Assembly (NCBI GenBank): GCA_963703225.1
Contig: OY969801.1
Location: forward strand, 1,888,001-1,952,000
From: Candidatus Eiseniibacteriota bacterium
Lineage (GTDB): Bacteria > Eisenbacteria > RBG-16-71-46 > SZUA-252
Direction: 5' to 3'
Length of the DNA: 64,000 nt
Each line of letters begins with the position of its first letter. Within the stretch, counting starts at the first letter, position 1. Under the pieces are notes generated by a model, which worked only from the letters and a program-made list of their open reading frames with translations, made no database searches and was not told the DNA's origin. This document shows positions 40,141-47,559 of this stretch, piece by piece. A program made the position numbers and the translations under genes.

Positions 40141-42924
40141 CTAGCGTGCCAGCACCACCTTCCGCACCTGAACCTCGCCTCCAGACTCCAGCCGCAGGAA
40201 ATACGTCCCCGAGCCAACCTCCCGCCCGGCCCCATCCCGTCCGTCCCACACAACCGACCCCCAGCCCGCGCCCTCCTCCCGATCCACGATCGAGGCCACC
40301 CGCCGCCCCTGCACGTCGTACACCGACAGCCGCACCCGCCCCCCGCGTGGGAGCCCGTACGAGAGCTCTGCTTGTCTCCCAAATGGGTTCGGCCGAGCCG
40401 ACTCCAGGCGAACCACCGCCGGAGCGCCCCTCCCCACCGGCACCGACACCCACGCCTCGACCGCAGTCTCGTAGCCTGTCACATCCCGAACCACCAGTCG
40501 ATAACCGTAGCTCACCCCGGGCGACACGGTGTCGTCTTCGTAGATGATTCGACGGTTCGCATTGGGCTCGGGGTGCCCTTGGAGGGTCCAGTCGCTGTCT
40601 GTGGCACGCCGGTAGACGCTCGTGAGCAAGATCTTGTCGCCGGATGCGTACCACTCGATCCGCACGCGACCCGCGGTCGCCTCCGCGCTCAGCGTCAGGA
40701 CGCTGACGGCCGTGGTTACCTCGGTGAGGTTCCGAAGGATCGACACGGAGAAGCCGCTATGATTCGCCGTCACGAGATCGGGCTTCCCGTCCCCGCTCAC
40801 GTCCCCGATGGCGACGGATTGGGGGCGGGGCCCCGTCCCGAAGTCCACCTTCGACTGGAAGGTGCCGTCCCCATTCCCCAGCAGCACCGATACGGTAAAA
40901 AAGCCAAAGGAAGTGGCGCCAGTGTTCGTCACCACGAGATCCGGCTTCCCGTCACCGCTCACGTCCCCGATCGCGACGGAGTAGGGGCTGGCCCCCGTTC
41001 TGTAATCCACCTTCGTCTGGAAGGTACCGTCCCCATTGCCCAGCAGCACCGATGCGGTGCTGGCGGTACCGTTCGCCGTCACGAGATCCGGCTTCCCGTC
41101 GCCGCTCACGTCGCCGATCGCGACGGAGTAGGGGAAGGCCCCCGTTGCGTAGTCCACCTTCGTCTGGAACGTACCGTCCCCATTCCCCAAAAGGACCGAC
41201 AAGGTGCTGGCGGTACCGTTCGCCGTCACGAGATCCGGTTTCCCGTCGCCGCTCACGTCGCCGATCGCGACGGAGTAGGGGATGGCCCCCGTCCCGTAGT
41301 CGACCGTCGTCTGGAACGTGCCGTCCCCATTGCCCAAGAGCACTGACACGGTGCTGGCGCCAAGGTTCGCCGTCACGAGATCCGGTTTCCCGTCACCACT
41401 CACGTCCCCGATCGCGACGGCGTTGGGGAAGGCCCCCGCCCCGTAATCAACGTTCGTCTGGAAGGTACCGTCCCCATTCCCCAACAGCACCGACACAGTG
41501 CTGGCGCCGTAGTTCGCCGTCACTAAATCCGGCTTCCCGTCACCGCTTACGTCCCCGACCGCGGCGAAGTTGGGGTTGAAGCCCGTCGCGTAATCAACCT
41601 TCAGGTGGAACGTACCGTTCCCATTCCCCAACAGCACCGATGCGGTGTTGTCTCCGTAGTTTGCCGTCACCAAATCCGGATTCCCGTCCCCGCTTACGTC
41701 CCCGATCGCAACGGATTGAGGGAAGGTCCCTGCCGCGCGGTCCTCGCTCGTCCGGAACGTGCCGTCCCCACGGCCCACGAGCACCCACACGGCCGCCGCG
41801 GGACCCACGTAGTTCGCCGTCACGATATCCGGCTCCCCGTCTCCGCTCACGTCCCCGATCGCGACGGAGTTGGGGGCGACTCCCGTTAGGAATTCCCTCT
41901 TCGTCTGGAACGTGCCGTCCCCATTCCCCAAGAGCACCGATACGGTACTGATGTCACCGTCCGGCGTCACGAGATCCGGCTTCCCGTCACCGCTCACGTC
42001 CCCGATCGCGACGGAGTAGGGGCCGGCCCCCGTCCCGTAGTCCGCCTTCGTCTGGAACGTGCCGTTCCCATTCCCCAAGAGCACCGACACGGTGCTGGCG
42101 TCATGGTTCGCCGTCATGAGATCGGGCTTCCCGTCACCACTCACGTCCCCGATTGCGACGGAGTAGGGGGCGCTCCCTGTCCCGTAGTCCACCTTCGTCT
42201 GGAACGTACCGTCCCCGTTCCCCAGCAGCACCGACACGGTACTGACGCCGTCTGTCGTCGCGAGATCCGGTTTCCCGTCACCGCTCACGTCCCCGATCGC
42301 CGCGGATGCGGGGCTGGCCCCCGTCCCATAGTCCACCTTTGTCTGGAACGTGCCGTCCCCATTCCCCAGCAGCACCGACACGGTGTTGCCTCCAAGGTTC
42401 GCCGTCACGAGATCCGGCTTCCCGTCACCGCTCACGTCCCCGATCGCGATAGAGTAGGGGCCGGCCCCCGTTCCGTAGTCCACCTTCGTCTGGAAGGTAC
42501 CGTCCCCATTCCCCAAGAGGGTCGACACGGTGCTGACGCCATAGTTCGCCGCCACGAGGTCCGGCTTCCCATCCCCGCTTACGTCCCCGATCGCGACGGA
42601 GTAGGGGGTGCTCCCCACTCCGTAGTTCACCTTCGTTTGGAACGTACCGTCCCCATTCCCCAACAGCACCGACACGATGCTGCCTACAGGGTCCGCCGTC
42701 ACGATATCCGGCTTCCCGTCCCCGCTCACGTCTCCGATCGCGACGGAGAAGGGGGCGCCCCCCACATCGAACGAAAGGGCCGCGCTGAACATAGGACCGG
42801 CCCACGCACTCCCCACCACCGCCCCCTCCAGCCCCACACAGAGAATCAGGGCCGAGAGCAACCTGGCCGACCTGGACCTGAGCGCACAACCAGAGAGCCG
42901 ATCGATCACCCAAGCGAACGACAT
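40141..42924 (-). CDS. Secreted FG-GAP repeat protein (14 repeats) with C-terminal FlgD-like Ig domain
   Basis: 14 x GDVSGDG[KEN]PD..VSVLLGNGDGTF; C-terminus ARPNPF..VYDVQGRRV..WDGRDGAG..SGTYFLRL. Confidence 0.92.
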   Translation of the reverse strand: MSFAWVIDRLSGCALRSRSARLLSALILCVGLEGAVVGSAWAGPMFSAALSFDVGGAPFSVAIGDVSGDGKPDIVTADPVGSIVSVLLGNGDGTFQTKVNYGVGSTPYSVAIGDVSGDGKPDLVAANYGVSTVSTLLGNGDGTFQTKVDYGTGAGPYSIAIGDVSGDGKPDLVTANLGGNTVSVLLGNGDGTFQTKVDYGTGASPASAAIGDVSGDGKPDLATTDGVSTVSVLLGNGDGTFQTKVDYGTGSAPYSVAIGDVSGDGKPDLMTANHDASTVSVLLGNGNGTFQTKADYGTGAGPYSVAIGDVSGDGKPDLVTPDGDISTVSVLLGNGDGTFQTKREFLTGVAPNSVAIGDVSGDGEPDIVTANYVGPAAAVWVLVGRGDGTFRTSEDRAAGTFPQSVAIGDVSGDGNPDLVTANYGDNTASVLLGNGNGTFHLKVDYATGFNPNFAAVGDVSGDGKPDLVTANYGASTVSVLLGNGDGTFQTNVDYGAGAFPNAVAIGDVSGDGKPDLVTANLGASTVSVLLGNGDGTFQTTVDYGTGAIPYSVAIGDVSGDGKPDLVTANGTASTLSVLLGNGDGTFQTKVDYATGAFPYSVAIGDVSGDGKPDLVTANGTASTASVLLGNGDGTFQTKVDYRTGASPYSVAIGDVSGDGKPDLVVTNTGATSFGFFTVSVLLGNGDGTFQSKVDFGTGPRPQSVAIGDVSGDGKPDLVTANHSGFSVSILRNLTEVTTAVSVLTLSAEATAGRVRIEWYASGDKILLTSVYRRATDSDWTLQGHPEPNANRRIIYEDDTVSPGVSYGYRLVVRDVTGYETAVEAWVSVPVGRGAPAVVRLESARPNPFGRQAELSYGLPRGGRVRLSVYDVQGRRVASIVDREEGAGWGSVVWDGRDGAGREVGSGTYFLRLESGGEVQVRKVVLAR

Positions 42925-43172
42925 GATTCACCCCCGTGAGTTGACCCTGGAATGCCCCTCGATTCGCTAGTCACTTGAGGAGCTAGATTGAAGTTCGGTC
43001 CCATACCCGGCCGGGCTCCGCGTGCCCAGCACCGCATGGGGCGTCCTCGTATTGTAATGCGGCGAGCCCGGCGGACCACTGACCTCTCGATTCGGGGGCG
43101 AAGGGTACTTGATTGCAGCGACCGTGCTTGCGGCGGGCGGGGTTCAGCTCGTTGAAATCCAGCGCGATCGAA

Positions 43173-43210
43173 TTTGCAGACCGTCGCCATAGCCACTTGG
43201 CTATGCCGCC
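43173..43210 (-). tRNA. tRNA-Cys(GCA) 5' half
   Basis: GGCGGCATAGCCAAGTGGCTATGGCGACGGTCTGCAAA, then non-tRNA TTCGAT. Confidence 0.9.
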
Positions 43211-43229
43211 ATCCCATTGCAGTACTTGG

Positions 43230-43258
43230 AGGTTACACGCTTCCGGTACGCGCTTCAA
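43230..43258 (-). promoter_or_regulatory. sigma70-like promoter of tRNA half (type B)
   Basis: TTGAAG-N17-TAACCT, 19 nt from G1. Confidence 0.6.
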
Positions 43259-43310
43259 CGTCGTTGGCTTGGTGGATCTCTAGGGCGCCAGTAGGCGCTG
43301 GCTTCGGCCA

Positions 43311-45137
43311 CTAGCCATTGCTTGCCAGCAGCTCGGCGACCACACTTTCGATGTAGCGATTTGCCAGCGCGGGCTCGGGCAGCAAGCCGTGGCCGACTGG
43401 CTCAGTCACGTAGGAACCCTCCATGTAACGGTCGCCGAGCACGTTCTGCTCTAGATGGCGTGTGAGCACCTCGTCGGCGGGACCGGCCTCCTCGTTGGAG
43501 AAGACGAACCGAACGCTCGGAATATGTTTCGTGGCGGCACGGTACCAGCCCGGCAGCGGATCCCCGCCACGTTCGAACGGGGCGATCAGCTCGGCGGAGT
43601 AGCGCCTCAGCGGCTCGAGGTCGGAAGCGAATTTCATGAAGGTCTGCGAAATGTAGGTCTGCGCTACGAGCCACCCGGAGAGAGAGGTGATTCCATCGCC
43701 GAGCGACTTGAGCGCCTGGAGAATCCCGTCGGGATTGACAACGTCCATTTTGGCATAGAGCCTCGAAACGAAGCAGGTCTCGAGGCTGATATTGGTCCCC
43801 AGCGCCACGAGCCCCGCGACTTTGACACCCACACCTTCATCCGAATCGAGCATGCGCAGGAATTGGTCGGCTCCCGCTGAAAACCCGACGAGAACCGTGC
43901 GCGACGGTCGGCACTCGCGCTCGAGTCCCGCGAGCAGAATCCGCAGCAATTGGGAATGATCATCGAAGGCGAGTACTGGCCGGTACGTGTCGCCCGGCGC
44001 GAACCCGGCGAGAGACAGGGAGACTGCTCGGTAGGGAAGGCTCCTCACCGACGATTCAAACCTGCGATGGTCGCCCCCCACGCCGTGGAGAAAGACGATG
44101 AGCGTCTCAGACTCCCTTCTGTTGTCCAGATAGCTCAGGGGATACCCGATGAGGCGCGGGTTGCGAACCGACAGTTGCCGCACGTGGGCCGCCGTCAGCA
44201 CAAAGTGCCGTTCTGCCGGCTCCGCGATCTTGCGATCAGCGGAAGAAGCGGCGGCGCCCGCGATTTCCAGCTCGCGCAGCAGATCCTCAAGCTCGTTCCG
44301 CACGTCGAGGCTCGTTTGAACCCGGCGATCGGGATGCTTGGCCAGGCAGCGCCGGACGAGCCACGCGACTTGAGGTGGCGTGTCGGGGCGCAGCGTGGCC
44401 AGCGCGGGCGCATCTTGGTTGAGAATGGCGCTCATCACGTCGGCCGAGGTGCGCCCGCCGAACGGCCTCCGCCCGCAGAGCATCTCGAAGAGGACGGTGC
44501 CGAGGGAGAAGACGTCGGTGCGGGCATCGACAGGCTCACCGCGAATCTGCTCGGGCGACAGGTAGGCAGTGGTGCCCAAGATCGCTCCGGGGCTGGTCAT
44601 CGTACCGGGCGGGATCGTCTCCCCAGCGGGGCCGGGACCTGGCACCGACACTTCCGCACCCGCCAACTTGGCAAGGCCAAAGTCGAGCACCTTCACGCTC
44701 CCGCCCTTCGTTACGTGGAGGTTCTCGGGCTTTATGTCGCGGTGGATGATTCCCATCGCGTGGGCCGCCGCAAGGCCCGCCGCCGCCTGCGCGGCGTAGT
44801 CGAGTGCTTTGCGAAGAGGGATCCTTCCCCCCTGGAGGATTTCGCGGAGGGTCTCGCCTTCGAGCAACTCCATCACAACAAAGGGCGAGCCCTCGTGCGT
44901 CCCGAGGTCGTAGACGGCACAGACGTTGGGATGGCTCAAAGTGCCGGCCGCGCGGGCTTCCTGCTCGAATCGCCGCACCCGCTCGGAGTCGCCGGAGCTC
45001 TCGCGCGGAATGACCTTGATGGCGACGTCCCGTCCAAGCCGCGAGTCGTGCGTGCGATAGACCTCTCCCATGCCCCCAGCGCCAAGAGGGGCGACGATCT
45101 CGTAGGGGCCGAGGCGAGTGCCGACGGTCAGTGCCAT
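43311..45137 (-). CDS. Ser/Thr protein kinase fused to alpha/beta hydrolase
   Basis: [22 protein letters not shown]-terminal VFLHGVGG, VGFSAG (GxSxG), VGHG. Confidence 0.88.
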   Translation of the reverse strand: MALTVGTRLGPYEIVAPLGAGGMGEVYRTHDSRLGRDVAIKVIPRESSGDSERVRRFEQEARAAGTLSHPNVCAVYDLGTHEGSPFVVMELLEGETLREILQGGRIPLRKALDYAAQAAAGLAAAHAMGIIHRDIKPENLHVTKGGSVKVLDFGLAKLAGAEVSVPGPGPAGETIPPGTMTSPGAILGTTAYLSPEQIRGEPVDARTDVFSLGTVLFEMLCGRRPFGGRTSADVMSAILNQDAPALATLRPDTPPQVAWLVRRCLAKHPDRRVQTSLDVRNELEDLLRELEIAGAAASSADRKIAEPAERHFVLTAAHVRQLSVRNPRLIGYPLSYLDNRRESETLIVFLHGVGGDHRRFESSVRSLPYRAVSLSLAGFAPGDTYRPVLAFDDHSQLLRILLAGLERECRPSRTVLVGFSAGADQFLRMLDSDEGVGVKVAGLVALGTNISLETCFVSRLYAKMDVVNPDGILQALKSLGDGITSLSGWLVAQTYISQTFMKFASDLEPLRRYSAELIAPFERGGDPLPGWYRAATKHIPSVRFVFSNEEAGPADEVLTRHLEQNVLGDRYMEGSYVTEPVGHGLLPEPALANRYIESVVAELLASNG

Positions 45138-45212
45138 GAAGCGCGACTCTAGCCGGGACGAGACTCCCATGTCACCAGGAACGCGGATTGAGGCTCATGA
45201 GGGTCGCTCGAC

Positions 45213-45307
45213 TGGCTACGGTCAGGTTGGCCATTCCTGGCAATCGTTGGCCACCGTTGCCCAGGCAAAGAACGAAGCCCCAGGAGGGCCATCCCCCCGG
45301 GGCTTCG
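45213..45307. repeat. att-arm-like repeat + hairpin (copy 2)
   Basis: TGGCTACGGTCAGG..TCGTTGGCCACCGTTG..GAAGCCCC..GGGGCTTC aligns with 37165-37259. Confidence 0.8.
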
Positions 45308-45338
45308 AAACCGACCATTCGGCGGCGGGATTGTTGGA

Positions 45339-45371
45339 TGCAGACCAGTTGCTCTACGCTCGTATGCCGCC
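45339..45371 (-). pseudogene. Degenerate tRNA-Cys 5' half
   Basis: Minus strand GGCGGCATA-N16-GGTCTGCA, at the expected position next to arm copy 2. Confidence 0.55.
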
Positions 45372-45444
45372 CCAACTACCTCATCGAGGCATGGTTCGGG
45401 ATCCTCACGCGCAAATCCCGAGGGAAGCAGCCGTGACGGCCGGG

Positions 45445-45930
45445 TCACTTCTTCCAGTTCGCTATCACCATGACGGGGAACGTGCCTCCACTCTTGGCAA
45501 TGTTGACGAGTCCAACTTGGACTCCTTGGAGAGACTTCGCGTAGTTCACGATCGCCAATTGCAGCCCCCCCGCAGTGCCCGCGTAGTTGAAGGTGCTCCA
45601 CTGGAGGCCATCCGTCGTACCCTTGTTGTAGCCGATTGCCGAAAGCTGGACTCCCTTGAAGTTGCCCTCGTTTACGTTGACGAACCCCCACTGCAGTCCA
45701 CTCGACATGGTGGACGTATGATTCACGAGGCCCAGATCCACACCCTTGACCGAAGCGTTCTTGCCGTAGAGCAGGTTGAAGCGAAAGGCGGTGACTCCAT
45801 CTTCCGGCTTGACCAAAGCGACCGGCGAGAATAGCGACAGGTTCACCGGCTTGTCGGCCGCTATGGCGGGCGATGCGGATAGAGTCGTTATCACGAGCGC
45901 GAACCACCAGGCCCCACGAATCGATCTCAT
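45445..45930 (-). CDS. Secreted GxQxGxxN repeat protein (LA_2272/VC2662-like)
   Basis: Signal peptide; GVDLGLVN, GLQWGFVN, GLQLAIVN, GVQVGLVN; RBS GGGGAG. Confidence 0.75.
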   Translation of the reverse strand: MRSIRGAWWFALVITTLSASPAIAADKPVNLSLFSPVALVKPEDGVTAFRFNLLYGKNASVKGVDLGLVNHTSTMSSGLQWGFVNVNEGNFKGVQLSAIGYNKGTTDGLQWSTFNYAGTAGGLQLAIVNYAKSLQGVQVGLVNIAKSGGTFPVMVIANWKK

Positions 45931-46247
45931 GACTATCTCCCCCAAGGTATCTTGATTGCCTCACAAGTGCTCGCCACCCCGAGCCGACATGCTAGCAGCG
46001 ATTCGATTGGCAAGCAATGAAAGGGCCGTAAGGCGGACCGCGTATGCCGCCGTCCTCCAGCCCGCGCATCGCATCTAGAGGAAATGCACGTGAGAATGAT
46101 GGCGAGCGCGAGAGAGGAATGGGTGCGCAGCGACATGGGTGCCGTTGTATCATCGCCGACACTCACTGGAGGGTGCACTGTGGGACGAGTGCCACGCTAT
46201 CAGCCTCCGGCCGCTGGGTCCAACCAATGAATACCTCGGTCGACTTC

Positions 46248-46313
46248 GGCTACCTAGAGAAGGAAGCCCCAGGACTTTGCAGATCGTCGCCTTGGCCGCT
46301 TGGCTATGCCGCC
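46248..46313 (-). tRNA. tRNA-Cys(GCA) 5' half (46276-46313) joined to truncated arm copy 3
   Basis: GGCGGCATAGCCAAGCGGCCAAGGCGACGATCTGCAAA then GTCCTGGGGCTTCCTT. Confidence 0.88.
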
Positions 46314-46327
46314 CCCGCAAGTGATTG

Positions 46328-46355
46328 AATATAGCGTGGTTGGCAGCGGGCGCAA
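46328..46355 (-). promoter_or_regulatory. sigma70-like promoter of tRNA half (type A)
   Basis: TTGCGC-N16-TATATT. Confidence 0.7.
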
Positions 46356-46487
46356 ACGCGGAGATGATGCCTTTCCCTTCGTGCCTCGACTGCTGGCGGG
46401 CGCGTCGACCGTCAGCCTGACAAAGAAGTATATTTTGCGATGGCTCTATCGTCCCTCCACGCACCCATCGCCCCGAAAGGATCCAGA

Positions 46488-47408
46488 ATGAGAATCCGTG
46501 GACTCATCTGCATCGCTGTTGGCCTGATGCTCGCCGCCTCGACGGCGCGGGCCGAAGAGGTGACCATCGTGAGCGACGTGCTCGGGCCCGAAGGACCACT
46601 GTTCGTGGACGGGAATCTCTATTTCGTGGCATGGACATCCGGCACGCTCTCAAAGTGGGACGGCAAGACCACCACCGTTCTGAACTCGCTGCCGGGCTGC
46701 AGCCACAATGGCCTCGCGCTCACCAAGCAGAGGACCTTCCTGCTCGCGTGCACCGACGAGCATGGCGCGATCCTAGAACTCGACATGAATGGCAAGCAAT
46801 TGCGCCGCTGGGAGGCCGATGACAAGGGCAGCAAGTTCGATGGCGGCATCAACGACATCGTGGTCACGGCGAGCGGGGGCGCGTATGCCACCGTGTTTGG
46901 ACCCTATCAGAGCGTGCCGACCGCGGTGGCCGGCAGAGTCCTTTACCTTGCGCCGGGCGGGCGGCAGTGGGTCGAGGTCGCGAACGACCTCAACTACGCC
47001 AATGGCATCGGCATCTCCCCCGATCAGAAGACGCTCTACGTCAGCGAGACGATCGGGAACTGTATTCTGAAATTCACAGTCAACGACGACGGCTCCCTGA
47101 GCCACCGCGCAAATTTCGCCCTCCTGAATCTCCTGGTACCCAACAAGAACGTTTCGTGGTGGCTGGGACCGGACAGCATGAAGATCGACGACAAGGGCAA
47201 CATGTACGTCGCTCAGTGGTTCGGCGGGAAGATTTTGAAGATCGCTCCCGACGGCACGCTGCTCCACGTGTTCCCCATCGCCGCGGGCGACGGCACCACC
47301 AATGTGGCGTTCGGCCCCGGCGGGAAGGATCTCTACGTTACGGTCGTGAAGGACCCGAACGACCCGCAGGCGAAGGGCAGCATCGTGAGGATCCCGAACG
47401 TCGAGTAG
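46488..47408 (+). CDS. SMP-30/gluconolactonase/LRE family secreted protein
   Basis: Signal peptide; PEGP, HNGL, INDIV, ANGIGISPD, PDSMKID, TNVAFG. Confidence 0.9.
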   Translation: MRIRGLICIAVGLMLAASTARAEEVTIVSDVLGPEGPLFVDGNLYFVAWTSGTLSKWDGKTTTVLNSLPGCSHNGLALTKQRTFLLACTDEHGAILELDMNGKQLRRWEADDKGSKFDGGINDIVVTASGGAYATVFGPYQSVPTAVAGRVLYLAPGGRQWVEVANDLNYANGIGISPDQKTLYVSETIGNCILKFTVNDDGSLSHRANFALLNLLVPNKNVSWWLGPDSMKIDDKGNMYVAQWFGGKILKIAPDGTLLHVFPIAAGDGTTNVAFGPGGKDLYVTVVKDPNDPQAKGSIVRIPNVE

Positions 47409-47559
47409 CGGCCAAGGCTTCGTGGGCGTGCTTGTTGCGGAAATCCGGGAAGGCCATGGGCTCATCGGCATCGTACCCTAGCCGGGGCGCCGGAAACTCC
47501 CTAGCCCTGGCCTGGATGGCTCTACCCCGGCAGCCTTCGCTGCGCCTCCGGGCCGTGCC

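Noticed and set aside
40760..42760. CRISPR-like regularly spaced repeats
   Set aside because: In-frame coding FG-GAP repeats; no unique spacers or cas genes
46036..46051. Possible further tRNA-Cys 5' remnant (gaccgcgtatgccgcc)
   Set aside because: Only about 9-11 matching nt in GC-rich DNA, with no core or recognisable promoter; cannot be separated from chance
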